DNA from: Candidatus Bathyarchaeota archaeon | GTDB lineage: Archaea; Thermoproteota; Bathyarchaeia; Bathyarchaeales; Bathycorpusculaceae | DNA: 64,000 nucleotides | Direction of reading: 5' to 3' | Assembly (NCBI GenBank): GCA_963811105.1 | Contig: CAWEPZ010000011.1 | Span: 1,120,001-1,184,000, forward strand | In this document: piece after piece, positions 10,131 to 21,304 of the stretch | Position numbering within the stretch: the first letter of the stretch is position 1 | Layout: each line of letters opens with the position of its first letter | The notes under the pieces: model-generated | Seen by the model: the letters and a program-made list of their open reading frames with translations, nothing else | What the model was told of the DNA's origin: nothing | Databases searched by the model: none | Made by a program: the position numbers and the translations under genes

Positions 10131-11410
10131 AAGTCTACAAATCAGAAGAGTTGCCCTCAGACTGGTTTAAACGTCAAAAGGCAGACTCAAAAGCAGCCCA
10201 GCAGCTTGAAATTGACGTTAAAGTTATAGTAGATGAAGTGAAAGAAAACGGCGACCAAGCGTTAATTTATTACGCCGACAAATTCGACAAAGTCAAACTT
10301 AACAAAAAAACAATCAGGGTCAAGGCGGAAGAATTCAAAGAAGCATACAAAAAAACTAGTCTCGAACAGGTTTGTGCCCTTAAATTCGTGAAAGAAAGAG
10401 TCTTGACATTCCAAAAACAGCAGCTCACCCAAACAGAAATCAATACCTCAGGTGATGGCATATGGATTCAGACTGTTTTGCGGCCAATTGAAAGTGTTGG
10501 CTGCTATGTTCCAGGAAGGCAAGCCGCTTACCCAAGTACGCTTGTCATGACTGCTGTTCCAGCAAAGGTTGCTGGTGTCCCAAGGATTGTTGTTTGTTCA
10601 CCCTCAGACGCAAAAGGCAAAGTTAACCCACTTGTTCTTGTCGCAGCTGATATTTGCGGAGTCGATGAGGTTTACAAGGTTGGCGGAGCCCAAGCCATAG
10701 CCGCTTTAGCTTACGGAACAAGAAGCATAAAGCCTGTACGAAAAATCGTTGGTCCAGGCAGCAAATATGTGACAGCGGCGAAGGTTCTGGTTTCAAAGGA
10801 TGTGGCGATTGATATGCCTGCTGGACCAAGTGAAGTTCTCGTTTTGGCCGATGAATCAGCTGATGAGCGGTTCATTGCTTTTGATATGGTTTCGCAGGCT
10901 GAACACGGAGGAGACAGCGTTGCAGGACTAATAACAACGTCTGAAAAAGTTGCTTTGCAGGTTCAAGAGAATCTCGTTCGGCTTGCGGCCTCGGCTGAAA
11001 GAGGCGAAAAAGTATCAGAGGCACTATCCAAATATGGTTTCATAATTATCTGCAAAAGCATTGAAGAGGCCGTCAGTTTAGTTAATCAGTTTGCCGCTGA
11101 ACACTTAGAAGTCATGACTGCTAAACCCAAGGAGATTGCAGAGAAACTAACCGCTGGCCTGATACTTCTAGGACCATACAGCCCAGTTGCCCTAAGCGAT
11201 TACGGCAGCGGAACAAACCACGTCTTGCCAACAAGCGGTTTTGCCCAATCGTTCTCAGGCTTGTCTGTTTTTGACTTTATGAGACGAGTAAGCATAGTTG
11301 AAAGCTCAAGAACTGGTTTGGAAAGAGTACGAGACAGCATCAAAGTTATTACGGAAGCAGAAAACCTTCCAAATCACTACAAAGCAATACAAGCAAGGTT
11401 TGAAAAATGA
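10109..11410 (+). CDS. hisD: Histidinol dehydrogenase
   Basis: GCYVPG, GGAQAIAALAYG, IDMPAGPSE, QAEH, GTNHVLPT. Confidence 0.96.
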   Translation: MQTQSQVKVYKSEELPSDWFKRQKADSKAAQQLEIDVKVIVDEVKENGDQALIYYADKFDKVKLNKKTIRVKAEEFKEAYKKTSLEQVCALKFVKERVLTFQKQQLTQTEINTSGDGIWIQTVLRPIESVGCYVPGRQAAYPSTLVMTAVPAKVAGVPRIVVCSPSDAKGKVNPLVLVAADICGVDEVYKVGGAQAIAALAYGTRSIKPVRKIVGPGSKYVTAAKVLVSKDVAIDMPAGPSEVLVLADESADERFIAFDMVSQAEHGGDSVAGLITTSEKVALQVQENLVRLAASAERGEKVSEALSKYGFIIICKSIEEAVSLVNQFAAEHLEVMTAKPKEIAEKLTAGLILLGPYSPVALSDYGSGTNHVLPTSGFAQSFSGLSVFDFMRRVSIVESSRTGLERVRDSIKVITEAENLPNHYKAIQARFEK

Positions 11411-12525
11411 GTGCAACCTACAAAACATGGCTCAAAAATAAATTCGACAAGCTTCAAACAATAGAATGCTATACTGCGGGAACCTCTCCTGAAACTATTG
11501 CGAAGCAAATAGGCGTCCAAACAAAACAAATAATCAAACTAAATTTTAACGAGAACCTATTTATTCCAAGAAAAAAACAAGCTAAACTCCTTGAAGAGTT
11601 GGCTGACGAGATTGATTTGCGGCTGTATCCTGAGGATGAAGAGGTTAAACTGCGAGAAAAGATCAGCATATACATTGGCGCTCTCCGAGATTACATTGTT
11701 GTTGGTAACGGTAGCGATGAGTTAATTGACCGAATCGTAAGGCTCTTTGTGGATAAGGGTGAAGCGGCGCTTTCATTTGCGCCAACGTTCGCTATTCCAC
11801 CGCTTTGTGTTAAAAGACAAGAAGGCGAATACATCACTGTGCCACTTTTAAGCAACCTGCAGATAGACGTTAAGGGACTCATTGCAAAGTTTTCAGATAA
11901 AACCAGGCTACTCTATCTTTGTTCACCTAATAACCCGACTTCAACACAGTACAAGATAGAGGATGTTGAAACTTTAGCCAAGACATTCCCAGGCATTGTC
12001 ATCTTGGATGAGGCTTATGGCGAATTTGCTGATTACTCGTTTGTGCCACGAATCAAGGAGTTTCAGAATATGATTATTCTGCGAACATTCTCCAAAGCTT
12101 TCGGATTAGCTGCGCTGAGGCTTGGTTACGCCGTGGCAAATCCTGAGTTAGCGAAGATTCTGAATGAAAAAGCGCCGCTACCATACCCAGTTAGCGGTTT
12201 TACGCTCATGATGGGTTCTAAGATGCTGGACAACACGGAATTGATGAAGGATTCCGTGGCGCAAGTGAAACGAGAGCGGGGAAAACTGATAAAAGAACTA
12301 AACGAAATAGAAGGCGTGCAAGCTTTCGATTCACAAGCAAACTTCCTTCTAATCAACACACAAAAGCCCGCTGACGAAGTCAATGAAAAACTGCTTAAAC
12401 GTGGCATTATGCTTAAGAAATGGGGCAAAATCCTGCAATACAATAACTGCTTCCGAGTCACAGTAGGCTTGCCAGAAATGAACACTAAACTGGTTGAAGC
12501 ACTAAAGCAAATTCAAAGTGATTAA
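11407..12525 (+). CDS. hisC: Histidinol-phosphate aminotransferase
   Basis: LNFNEN, GNGSDELI, CSPNNPT, DEAY, RTFSKAFGLAALRLGY. Confidence 0.95.
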   Translation: MSATYKTWLKNKFDKLQTIECYTAGTSPETIAKQIGVQTKQIIKLNFNENLFIPRKKQAKLLEELADEIDLRLYPEDEEVKLREKISIYIGALRDYIVVGNGSDELIDRIVRLFVDKGEAALSFAPTFAIPPLCVKRQEGEYITVPLLSNLQIDVKGLIAKFSDKTRLLYLCSPNNPTSTQYKIEDVETLAKTFPGIVILDEAYGEFADYSFVPRIKEFQNMIILRTFSKAFGLAALRLGYAVANPELAKILNEKAPLPYPVSGFTLMMGSKMLDNTELMKDSVAQVKRERGKLIKELNEIEGVQAFDSQANFLLINTQKPADEVNEKLLKRGIMLKKWGKILQYNNCFRVTVGLPEMNTKLVEALKQIQSD

Positions 12526-13102
12526 GATGAGGACAGAAGAAGTTTTCCGAAAAACCAAAGAAACAGAAGTTAAAGTAAAAGTCAACTTGGACGGGGACGG
12601 AAAAATCAGCATAGCTACTGGTGTACCCTTCCTTGACCACATGGTAACCAGCCTCGCCACACATAGCCTAATCGATATAGCCGCGCAAGTGAAAGGCGAC
12701 TTGGTGCACCACTCAGTAGAGGATCTAGCCATAAGCTTAGGAGAAGCACTAAACAAAGCCTTAGGCACCCGAGAAGGCATCACTCGCTTCGGCAACGCCG
12801 CGGCACCTATGGATTGTTCTTTGGCTTTTGCAGCCGTAGACCTAGTAAAACGGCCATACTTCAAAATTGACCTAAAACTAAGAGGTAAAAAAGTTGAAGA
12901 CATGCCAACGGAAGACATCAATCACTTTTTCGAGTCATTCGCCACATCATTGCAGGCCAACGTGCATGTTTTTGTCGAGTACGGAAGCAACGACCACCAC
13001 AAAGCAGAAGCAGCAACCAAAGCCCTAGCCCTATCGCTTAGACAAGCAGTAGCTATAGACCCAAGACGCAAAGGCGTTCCAAGTTCCAAAGGAGTCATCT
13101 AA
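12518..13102 (+). CDS. hisB: Imidazoleglycerol-phosphate dehydratase
   Basis: RKTKET, TGVPFLDHM, HHSVED, NDHHKAEA, PSSKG. Confidence 0.95.
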   Translation: MIKMRTEEVFRKTKETEVKVKVNLDGDGKISIATGVPFLDHMVTSLATHSLIDIAAQVKGDLVHHSVEDLAISLGEALNKALGTREGITRFGNAAAPMDCSLAFAAVDLVKRPYFKIDLKLRGKKVEDMPTEDINHFFESFATSLQANVHVFVEYGSNDHHKAEAATKALALSLRQAVAIDPRRKGVPSSKGVI

Positions 13103-13104
13103 AA

Positions 13105-13710
13105 GTGGCAAAAGCCATAATTTTCGATTACGGAGTAGGCAACCTGCTCAGCCTAAAGACCGCGCTGGAAAAAGCAGGCTTAGAAGCATCAATCGGTACT
13201 TCCGCAAAAGAATTAGCCTGTGCAGACGCTATCGCTTTGCCAGGTGTCGGAGCTTTTTCCCCAGCAGCTGCAAAACTTAATTCAGTCAAAAGAACCCTGA
13301 TAAGCAAGGTGGAAGAGGGTACCCCATTGTTAGGCATATGTTTGGGGCTTCAGCTTTTCTTTGAAGTAAGCGAAGAGGGATCTGGAAACGGCTTAGCACT
13401 CTTCAAAGGCAAAACCGTCCAGTTGCCAAGCACTGTTAAGGTACCTCATATGGGCTGGAACACATTAGACATTATAATGCAAAACGAGCTTTTCGATGGA
13501 GTAGCCGAAGGCAGTTTCGTCTACTTCGTGCACTCACTCTACCCAGTGCCATGCGACGAAAGTATAGTTTGCACAAGAACCGAATATGGCATAACCTTCA
13601 CCTCAGCGGTAGCCAGCAAAAACATTTATGGTACACAGTTTCACCCAGAAAAATCAGGCGATATCGGGTTGAAAATCCTGCAAAACTTTGCAAAAATAGT
13701 GGTTAGGTGA
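13105..13710 (+). CDS. hisH: IGP synthase glutaminase subunit
   Basis: DYGVGNL, PGVG, GICLGLQ, PHMGWN, QFHPEKSG. Confidence 0.96.
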   Translation: MAKAIIFDYGVGNLLSLKTALEKAGLEASIGTSAKELACADAIALPGVGAFSPAAAKLNSVKRTLISKVEEGTPLLGICLGLQLFFEVSEEGSGNGLALFKGKTVQLPSTVKVPHMGWNTLDIIMQNELFDGVAEGSFVYFVHSLYPVPCDESIVCTRTEYGITFTSAVASKNIYGTQFHPEKSGDIGLKILQNFAKIVVR

Positions 13711-13716
13711 TCTTGG

Positions 13717-14442
13717 GTGCAGTTGATTCCCGCAATCGATTTGATGAATGGCAAAATCGTTCGCTTAACTCGTGGAGAACAAAGCACAGCTAAAAGCTAC
13801 GAAAAACAGTTCGGAACCCCATTGGAAGCTGCCAAGCGATGGCGTGACGAAGGGGCTGGCAGATTACACATCATTGATTTGGATTCAGCTTTTGTGATTG
13901 GCAATAATCACTTGGTTATAGCTGAGATTGCAGAAAACATAAAATTACCTATTCAAGTCGGTGGTGGAATACGCAACTATGAAAAAGCGGAAAAACTCTT
14001 CCAAACAGGCGTAACCCAAGTAATCCTCGGAGCTTTAGCCTTCAGCGACCCCTCAGCCATCGGCAAAATCCAGAAACGGTTTGGCTCTGATTCAGTTATC
14101 GTTGCCTTAGACAATAAAGAAGGGCTTATCATGGTTGAAGGCTGGAAAACCGCAACCGCAATGACCATAGACGATGCACTTGAAAAGTATACTCAACTTG
14201 GCGTTCGCCACTTTCTGATAACATCTATTGCCCAAGATGGGATGCTTACCGGCCCAGACCTACAAACGCTAAGTGCAGCCACGCTATATCCCAACGCCAA
14301 AATCATTGCGGCAGGCGGAATCGGCAGCATAGGAGACTTGGCAGCGCTCAAAGAAATTGGGGTAGAAGGAGCAGTCATTGGGAAAGCCCTTTATGAAGGC
14401 AAATTCACTCTCAGGCAAGCAATCAAAATCATGGGAGCATAA
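13717..14442 (+). CDS. hisA: ProFAR isomerase
   Basis: [33 protein letters not shown]. Confidence 0.95.
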   Translation: MQLIPAIDLMNGKIVRLTRGEQSTAKSYEKQFGTPLEAAKRWRDEGAGRLHIIDLDSAFVIGNNHLVIAEIAENIKLPIQVGGGIRNYEKAEKLFQTGVTQVILGALAFSDPSAIGKIQKRFGSDSVIVALDNKEGLIMVEGWKTATAMTIDDALEKYTQLGVRHFLITSIAQDGMLTGPDLQTLSAATLYPNAKIIAAGGIGSIGDLAALKEIGVEGAVIGKALYEGKFTLRQAIKIMGA

Positions 14443-14444
14443 AG

Positions 14445-15248
14445 ATGCCACTAGCCAAACGCATTCTTCCATGCTTAGATGTTGACCACGGAAAAGTAGT
14501 GAAATGCATAAACTTCCTCAATCCAAAGCATGCAGGCGACCCAGTAGAAATGGCAAAACGCTACTCCGACGACGGCGCAGATGAACTAGTGTTCCTTGAC
14601 ATAACAGCCTCTTCAGAAAAAAGAGACATCTTACGAGGTGTTGTTGAAGGCGTAGCTAAAGCAATCAACATTCCATTCACTGTAGGTGGTGGAGTCAGAA
14701 ACGTTGCTGACGCAAGGCTGGTTTTATGCAGTGGCGCAGACAAGGTTTCCATCAACACGGCAGCGGTTGAAGATCCCAAAGTCATAAATGAATTAGCGGA
14801 CGTTTTTGGGCGTCAATGTATAGTGTGTGCTATTGATGCGAAAAGAAACCGCACGCCAAGCGATGGCAAGATTATGATTGATACCGGCGAGGGAAAATTA
14901 TGGTTTGAGGTTGTCACTTACGGCGGACGCAAGCCAACGGGCATCGACGCCATCGCGTGGGCGCTACAGGCAGAGAAGCTTGGAGCGGGCGAATTTCTGG
15001 TTACTTCAATGGATAAGGATGGCACAAAAGACGGTTACGACATCGAGTTAACCCGAGCCATTTCGGAGAGTGTTAACGTTCCAATTATCGCGAGCGGAGG
15101 CGCAGGAACACCCCAGCATCTCTTTGAAGTATTTACTGAGGGAAAAGCAGACGCGGCACTGGCAGCTTCAATCTTTCACTACAACCAGTACCCTGTTCCA
15201 GTTGTGAAGGATTACCTGCGCAAGATGGGGGTGACAATAAGACAATGA
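14445..15248 (+). CDS. hisF: IGP synthase cyclase subunit
   Basis: [46 protein letters not shown]. Confidence 0.96.
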   Translation: MPLAKRILPCLDVDHGKVVKCINFLNPKHAGDPVEMAKRYSDDGADELVFLDITASSEKRDILRGVVEGVAKAINIPFTVGGGVRNVADARLVLCSGADKVSINTAAVEDPKVINELADVFGRQCIVCAIDAKRNRTPSDGKIMIDTGEGKLWFEVVTYGGRKPTGIDAIAWALQAEKLGAGEFLVTSMDKDGTKDGYDIELTRAISESVNVPIIASGGAGTPQHLFEVFTEGKADAALAASIFHYNQYPVPVVKDYLRKMGVTIRQ

Positions 15249-15577
15249 CAACAAATGAGCTACTTGATAAACTGGATTTCAAAAAAGGCAACGGACTTAT
15301 CCCAGTGATCGTGCAAGATGCTAAAACTAAGGAGACGCTCATGCTGGCTTATGCCAATAGGGAAGCCGTAGAGAACACGCTTACTACGGGCAATGGTACT
15401 TATTGGAGTCGCTCCAGAAACGAATTATGGGTTAAAGGGAAAACCTCGGGACACACACAAAAAATCGTGTCCGTTTCAGCTGACTGCGATTTTGACGCCC
15501 TGTTGTATGTGGTTGAACAGAAAGGCGCGGTATGCCACACTGGAGCAGTCACTTGCTTCCACAACAATCTCTTGTAG
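15245..15577 (+). CDS. hisI: Phosphoribosyl-AMP cyclohydrolase (stand-alone)
   Basis: [31 protein letters not shown]...CF. Confidence 0.95.
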   Translation: MTTNELLDKLDFKKGNGLIPVIVQDAKTKETLMLAYANREAVENTLTTGNGTYWSRSRNELWVKGKTSGHTQKIVSVSADCDFDALLYVVEQKGAVCHTGAVTCFHNNLL

Positions 15578-15628
15578 AATGTTTTTAAAGAAAAACATCC
15601 TTCTATTATTTGGGAATAGTGAGAATTT

Positions 15629-16684
15629 ATGTCACTTCATGAAGCCATGCTTTACAGTAGGCTTGAAGAGAACAAAGTAAAATGCAGCTTATGCGCCAGG
15701 CGGTGCCTCATAAATGAAGGCGCAACAGGCTTTTGCTTGGTGAGAAAAAACCAAAGCGGAACACTCTATACCTTAAATTATGGAAAAGCTGTGTCAGCTG
15801 GCGTAGATCCAATCAGCAAGAAACCGCTTTCACATTTCAATCCTGGCGCGTTGGTTATGTCGGTTGCGGCGGCTGGCTGCAATTTCCGCTGCCAATTCTG
15901 CGACAACTGGATGATAAGCCAAGACAAAGAAATCGCAGGCAGACCTTTTCCCCCTGAAGAAATAGTGAAATCAGCGAATGAGAGCAATTGCCAGGGAATA
16001 AGCTACACCTACACTGAACCCACCATATTCATGGAATACGCTTACGACACCGCTAAGCTTGCTCGAGAATCAGGGTTGTTTAACACTTTCGTCACGAATG
16101 GTTACGAGACTCCTGAAGCCGTCAAGACTATTGCGCCCTACTTGGATGCGGCAACAGTTGATTTCAAAGGAGGCGGCGACCCAGACTTCTACAAATCAGT
16201 CTCAGCAGTGCCGAATGTCGAAGCCATATATGAATCCCTAAAAGAGTTCAAAGTTAACGACGTTCACATAGAAATCACGAATTTGGTGGTTCCGAAAGTG
16301 GGCGATTCCATGGACAGAATACGAGCTATGGCCAAGTGGATAAAAGAATATCTAGGTGCAGATACGCCCTTCCACCTGCTCCGTTTTCACCCAGACTATA
16401 AGATGACAACGATTCCAGCGACCGAAGTTCAAGACATGGAAAAAGCATTATTGACAGCGAAAAACCAAGGATTGAACTACGTTTACCTCGGCAACATTCC
16501 AGGCCACCCAGCAGAAAACACTTACTGCCCCAAATGCGACACAGCCATAATCAAACGATACGCCTTCGAAATCACCGAGTGGAAACTCACCAGCGACATG
16601 AAATGCCCCGTCTGCGGAAATCAGATTCCAATAAAAGGAAAAATCTACCAGAATAACCTGCGTTTTCCGTACTCACTGTTTTAA
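15629..16684 (+). CDS. AmmeMemoRadiSam system radical SAM enzyme
   Basis: CSLCARRC, DPISKKPL, GCNFRCQFCDNWMISQ, YTYTEP, NTYCPKC. Confidence 0.9.
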   Translation: MSLHEAMLYSRLEENKVKCSLCARRCLINEGATGFCLVRKNQSGTLYTLNYGKAVSAGVDPISKKPLSHFNPGALVMSVAAAGCNFRCQFCDNWMISQDKEIAGRPFPPEEIVKSANESNCQGISYTYTEPTIFMEYAYDTAKLARESGLFNTFVTNGYETPEAVKTIAPYLDAATVDFKGGGDPDFYKSVSAVPNVEAIYESLKEFKVNDVHIEITNLVVPKVGDSMDRIRAMAKWIKEYLGADTPFHLLRFHPDYKMTTIPATEVQDMEKALLTAKNQGLNYVYLGNIPGHPAENTYCPKCDTAIIKRYAFEITEWKLTSDMKCPVCGNQIPIKGKIYQNNLRFPYSLF

Positions 16685-16783
16685 ACGCTATATTGTCTTC
16701 AAGCAACTCTGCTACCGCATGTTATAACAAAATTAAGCCTTTATTAGGCAAAGCAGAAACTTGCATTTGTTAAGTGCCAATCA

Positions 16784-17638
16784 ATGACCAAGTATAACGC
16801 CTTAGCGATAACGACCAACTACTGGAAACCAGGCGATGACTACACCGACAAAGTAATAACCGCTGTAGAGAACAAAATTGAAAATGGCGATTTTGTGGTT
16901 ATTTCGGAGAAAGCAATTTCAACCGCAATAGGCACCATGGTTGATGAAAGCATCATAAAACCAAGCCGAAATGCAAAGGTGGTTGCTCGTTTTTGGATGC
17001 GGCTTGTCTGGGGCTATCCTTTTGGGATATTATGCCATTTTGGACAACGCCTGTTGCGCAGATTAAGAAAGTATCCGCTTGAGTCTGGAAGCCGCCATAA
17101 ACAAGTAACTCTTGAACAGGCTGGCCTTTTGCAGTCACTCATGTTTGGTTCTGAAGGCGGCATTGATGGCTCCAATCTGCCGTACGCCTACGTAAGCTTG
17201 CCTTTGAAAAATGCATATGAATTAGCGTATGAAATTCGGAGGCAAATCCGTCTGAAACTGCGGAAGGAAGTTTGTATTATAATTGCGGATACGGATAAAA
17301 CTTACAGGTTTAAGAATTTCTTTTTTACCCCAAGACCAAAAGCTATGAAAGGCATACATTCCTTCGGCGGATTCATCGCATACATTTCGGGCAGAGTCCT
17401 GAAGCTAAAAAAAAGTTCAACTCCATTAGCGGTTGCAGGCTGTGTTCTTCAAGCCAGCCAAGCGTTAACAGTAACCAATATTGCTGATAAAGCCAGGGGT
17501 CCAGGGTCAGGCGCTACAGTTTGGGATATGGCATCACGGTTTCAAGTGGAGGTCGATGGTGTAAGCTGGGAAATGCTCCAAAAAATCAGACATAAACCTA
17601 TCGTTATAGTTAGAAGAAAGGAAGCCAAAGAAAGTTAA
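16784..17638 (+). CDS. CofE-like (F420-0:gamma-glutamyl ligase family) protein
   Basis: VVISEKAIS, GGIDGSN, IIADTD motifs. Confidence 0.8.
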   Translation: MTKYNALAITTNYWKPGDDYTDKVITAVENKIENGDFVVISEKAISTAIGTMVDESIIKPSRNAKVVARFWMRLVWGYPFGILCHFGQRLLRRLRKYPLESGSRHKQVTLEQAGLLQSLMFGSEGGIDGSNLPYAYVSLPLKNAYELAYEIRRQIRLKLRKEVCIIIADTDKTYRFKNFFFTPRPKAMKGIHSFGGFIAYISGRVLKLKKSSTPLAVAGCVLQASQALTVTNIADKARGPGSGATVWDMASRFQVEVDGVSWEMLQKIRHKPIVIVRRKEAKES

Positions 17639-17736
17639 TAGATTGGAACATTTACTCCTTATTTGAAAGAGTTTTTTTGAAGGGTAAAACATAAAAACGA
17701 GACTTCGAAGCCTCTAAGCTGAACAGTGAAGCAGTT

Positions 17737-19242
17737 ATGGAAGAAGCATTACAGAAATTAGACACATTCTTCAACCCACGGTCAGTCGCCGTTATCGGTG
17801 CCACAAAAAAGGTTGACAAAGCAGGTCACGTCATTTTCAAAAACTTCTCAACTAACAAGGAACGCGGAGTCTTCAAAGGAAAACTCTACCCCGTTAATCC
17901 AGGGGAAGATTCAATTTTAGGTTTCAAATGTTACCACTCATTATGTAATGTTCCCGACGAAGTCGAATTAATTGTTGTTATTATTCCCGCTAAAGCGGTA
18001 CCCGCCATCATAGAGGAAGCTGTTGATAAAAAAGTCAAAGCTGCAATCATAATTAGTTCAGGCTTCAAAGAAGTTGGCAATATTGAACTTGAAGAACAAG
18101 TAGTAGCTATAGCCAAAAAAGGCGGAATACGAATTTTAGGACCCAACTGCCTAGGCATTTACTACTCTAAAACGGGAATGGATACCTTGTTCCTACCAGA
18201 AACAAAAGTTCTAACCACAGGTGAAGAAGTGGTGGCTACTCCCAGACCCTTACCCGGCAATATCGCCATGATTACACAAAGCGGCGCCTTCGGAGTCGCA
18301 GCCCTCGACTACTTGACTGGACGCCAGATGGGTGTCAGCAAATTCGTGAGCTTCGGAAACAAATGCGACGTCACCGAATCCGACATCCTCCACTACCTAC
18401 TACACGACAAAGAAACCAAAGTCATTCTCGCTTATTTGGAAGATGTAAAAAATGGGCGGGAATTTCTCAAGATATCTAAGAAAGTTACGGCCAAAAAACC
18501 CGTCGTCGTCATCAAGTCAGGTCGAAGCGCTGCAGGCTCAAGAGCCGCAGCTTCACACACAGGCGCCATTGCAGGATCAGACAAAATCTACGATGCCGCG
18601 TTTTTACAGGGCGGAGTTATTCGGGCTCGTGACATGGAGGAGTTCTTTAACATCGGTAAAGCCTTAGCCATGCAGCCGCCAGCTATTGGTAAAAACATCG
18701 GCATACTTACCGATGCAGGTGGACCAGGCGTAATGACTGTTGACGAATGCGAAGCCTTAGGCTTAACGGTGGACCGTTTCTCCGAGGAGGCGACGCAGAA
18801 ATTCCAAGAACTAAAAGACCAAAACATCATCTTAAAGATTGCAGCTACCTCAAATCCCGTGGACCTCACTGGTTCAGTGACTGATGAAATGTTTGTTATG
18901 GCTGCTGACCTGATGTTCCAAGATCCGCAGATCTGTGGCATAATCCTTTTGGGGCTTCATCACATGCCGGGACTCCGAGAAGTGTACATCGATGGCATAG
19001 TAAAAGTAGCCTCAAATTACACCAAACCCATCGTGATGTGCGATATCGGCGAAACAGAAATGGCTCTCTACACACGATCACGATTCGATAAACTCGGCGT
19101 TCCCTCGTTCGAATCACCTGAGGATGCAGCACGCGCCATGAATGCGCTGGTAACCTATGGTGCATACTTGAAAAAAAGCAATTGTGCAGATGAATATATC
19201 GCGTCCCTAAAAAAAACAGGCAGCACTACAGGTCAACGATAA
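17737..19242 (+). CDS. acdA: Acyl-CoA synthetase (NDP-forming), alpha subunit
   Basis: PRSVAVIGA, GPNCLG, TQSGA, SHTGAIAGSD (phospho-His), NPVDLTG. Confidence 0.9.
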   Translation: MEEALQKLDTFFNPRSVAVIGATKKVDKAGHVIFKNFSTNKERGVFKGKLYPVNPGEDSILGFKCYHSLCNVPDEVELIVVIIPAKAVPAIIEEAVDKKVKAAIIISSGFKEVGNIELEEQVVAIAKKGGIRILGPNCLGIYYSKTGMDTLFLPETKVLTTGEEVVATPRPLPGNIAMITQSGAFGVAALDYLTGRQMGVSKFVSFGNKCDVTESDILHYLLHDKETKVILAYLEDVKNGREFLKISKKVTAKKPVVVIKSGRSAAGSRAAASHTGAIAGSDKIYDAAFLQGGVIRARDMEEFFNIGKALAMQPPAIGKNIGILTDAGGPGVMTVDECEALGLTVDRFSEEATQKFQELKDQNIILKIAATSNPVDLTGSVTDEMFVMAADLMFQDPQICGIILLGLHHMPGLREVYIDGIVKVASNYTKPIVMCDIGETEMALYTRSRFDKLGVPSFESPEDAARAMNALVTYGAYLKKSNCADEYIASLKKTGSTTGQR

Positions 19243-19609
19243 CAGTTACTTCATTGCCGTCTACAATCTCGAGACGGTCACGTAAACACCAAGGAGCAAT
19301 AACCTCTAAAACATCAGCTGGGTAATTGGAAACCTGTGGAATAATAACCCCACATGCTAGACCCTCAACTTTTGCCCTAATTAGCACACCAGTGCAGTAG
19401 CCTTTCTCAGGGCAAATTTCAAACCGTTCTGTTTTCTCAAGCAATTTCTTTTGCATCGTGATTTCTTTGCTGAGGCGAATGTTAAGGGTTCCAGAATAAG
19501 GAGTAAAACCCAAGCTTTTTTCGATTTGATGCTTTACCCAGGGTAAATCAATAAATTTTTTTCCTTCGCCTTTGCCGGAATAAACCATGCCCTTGAAAAC
19601 TATCCGCAA
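19226..19609 (-). CDS. ribK: CTP-dependent riboflavin kinase
   Basis: GMVYSGKGEGKKF, GFTPYSGTLN, LEVIAP..LR. Confidence 0.88.
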   Translation of the reverse strand: MRIVFKGMVYSGKGEGKKFIDLPWVKHQIEKSLGFTPYSGTLNIRLSKEITMQKKLLEKTERFEICPEKGYCTGVLIRAKVEGLACGVIIPQVSNYPADVLEVIAPWCLRDRLEIVDGNEVTVIVDL

Positions 19610-19629
19610 AAAACTGCCTTCAATTGGGC

Positions 19630-20004
19630 TTAAGGCTTTGGAAGTTCTTTTAGCCAGTGTGCAACGTTTCTTAGAACTGGGTCATTTGATATATCTACTA
19701 CTGGTACAATCATTTTTTCTTTTGTTTCAATTGTTTGCGCGTATTTTGGCATAGGTGCATATCCAATGAAGGTCCAGAAAACCTTGTGATTTTCCAGCAG
19801 TTCCTTGGCGACTACAGCTGTTGAAGCCGGAAGCGGAAAATACAAGAAGACAATGCCATCAACCCAGTATAATCCTGCTAGTTTGCCGCCAGCTATAACG
19901 GAAGTGAATCTTGCTATGTCTTCAGGTGTATTAAAGTAAGTTTTTTCCATAATTACGATTTCTTTGAAAGGGGAATATGTGATGTTGACTTCTGGTTTGC
20001 TCAT
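19630..20004 (-). CDS. Conserved hypothetical archaeal protein
   Basis: Intact ORF with a LYWVDGIVFLY...IVPVVD pattern; co-directional with ribK. Confidence 0.7.
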   Translation of the reverse strand: MSKPEVNITYSPFKEIVIMEKTYFNTPEDIARFTSVIAGGKLAGLYWVDGIVFLYFPLPASTAVVAKELLENHKVFWTFIGYAPMPKYAQTIETKEKMIVPVVDISNDPVLRNVAHWLKELPKP

Positions 20005-20137
20005 AACGTTTCATCTTCGGCTGCTATGGTATTGTGTTAGCGTTCCCTTTTAATTTTGTCATGTGATTTAGAAAAAGTTATAGCGCAGGTGAACATTAAG
20101 CCTTCACTAACATAAGACTCTTGGATGGTTAAGTTTC

Positions 20138-21223
20138 ATGCCTGAAATACGTGTCGCACTTATTGGCGTTGGTAACAGCGCATCAGCCCTGATTCAGGGA
20201 ACTCAATATTATAAAAACGCTAAAGAAAACGCCACGGTGCCAGGCTTAATGCATGTAAACTACGGCGGATACCACATCAGAGATATCCATTTTGTAGCTG
20301 CTTTTGAAGTTAACAAGGCCAAGATTGGCAAAGATCTCTCAGAAGCCATCTGGGTTAAACCCAATGTGTGCGAAAAATTCGCCGATGTACCAAATCTTGG
20401 AGTGAAAGTTTCTCCGGCACCGATCCTTGATGGTGTTGCGCCTCATATGCGTGAAACATTCAATGTTTTCGACGACAGCAAAACTACAAAAGAAAGCGTC
20501 GTAAAAGTGCTTAAAGATGCCAAAACACAGGTCCTCGTGAATTATCTTCCCGTCGGAAGTCACGATGCCGTCCGATTTTATGCACAATGTGCAATCGATG
20601 CTGGATGCGCTTTTGTGAACTGCATGCCTGAATTCATCGGCTCAGACGCGACAAAAGAGTGGCCAAAAAAATTCGAAAAAGCAGGCTTACCCGTCTTAGG
20701 TGACGACATAAAAAGCCAAGTTGGTGCCACCATATTACACCGCAACCTTGTACGCCTCTGTTTAGATCGCGGAGTCATTGTTGACGAAACTTACCAGCTA
20801 AATCTCGGTGGAGACACAGACTTCCAAAACATGACCGTTGAAAACCGCTTAACCTCAAAACGCATCAGCAAAACCGAAGCCGTCACAAGCATGGTTCCCT
20901 ACGCTTTGCCAACAAGGATTGGCCCCTCCGATTTTGTGCCTTTCCTGAAGAACAAGAAAATCTGCTACATCTCATTGAAAGGCAGAAAGTTCGGTGACCG
21001 CCCAATTAACATCAGCGTTAAACTTGAAGTGGAAGACTCTCCAAACAGTGCAGGCGTAGTTATCGATCTAATTCGCGCAGCCAAAATAGCTTTAGACCGT
21101 AAGATCGCTGGCGCATTGCTAAGCATGCCATCATATTCATTTAAGCATCCTCCTGTTCAGGTGCCAGACCCGCAAGCGCGACAATGGACTGAAGATTGGA
21201 TAGCGGGCAAACGGGAACGATAA
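20138..21223 (+). CDS. ino1: myo-Inositol-1-phosphate synthase
   Basis: IGVGNSAS, NYLPVGS, GDDIKSQVGAT, YQLNLGG, DSPNSAG, FKHPP. Confidence 0.95.
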   Translation: MPEIRVALIGVGNSASALIQGTQYYKNAKENATVPGLMHVNYGGYHIRDIHFVAAFEVNKAKIGKDLSEAIWVKPNVCEKFADVPNLGVKVSPAPILDGVAPHMRETFNVFDDSKTTKESVVKVLKDAKTQVLVNYLPVGSHDAVRFYAQCAIDAGCAFVNCMPEFIGSDATKEWPKKFEKAGLPVLGDDIKSQVGATILHRNLVRLCLDRGVIVDETYQLNLGGDTDFQNMTVENRLTSKRISKTEAVTSMVPYALPTRIGPSDFVPFLKNKKICYISLKGRKFGDRPINISVKLEVEDSPNSAGVVIDLIRAAKIALDRKIAGALLSMPSYSFKHPPVQVPDPQARQWTEDWIAGKRER

Positions 21224-21304
21224 GCCCTTTCTTTTTTGTTCTTGTGAAACCTTTTAAGCTTGAACTTAAACTGGATATTTATCTATATTTAGAAGGTTCA
21301 AGTC

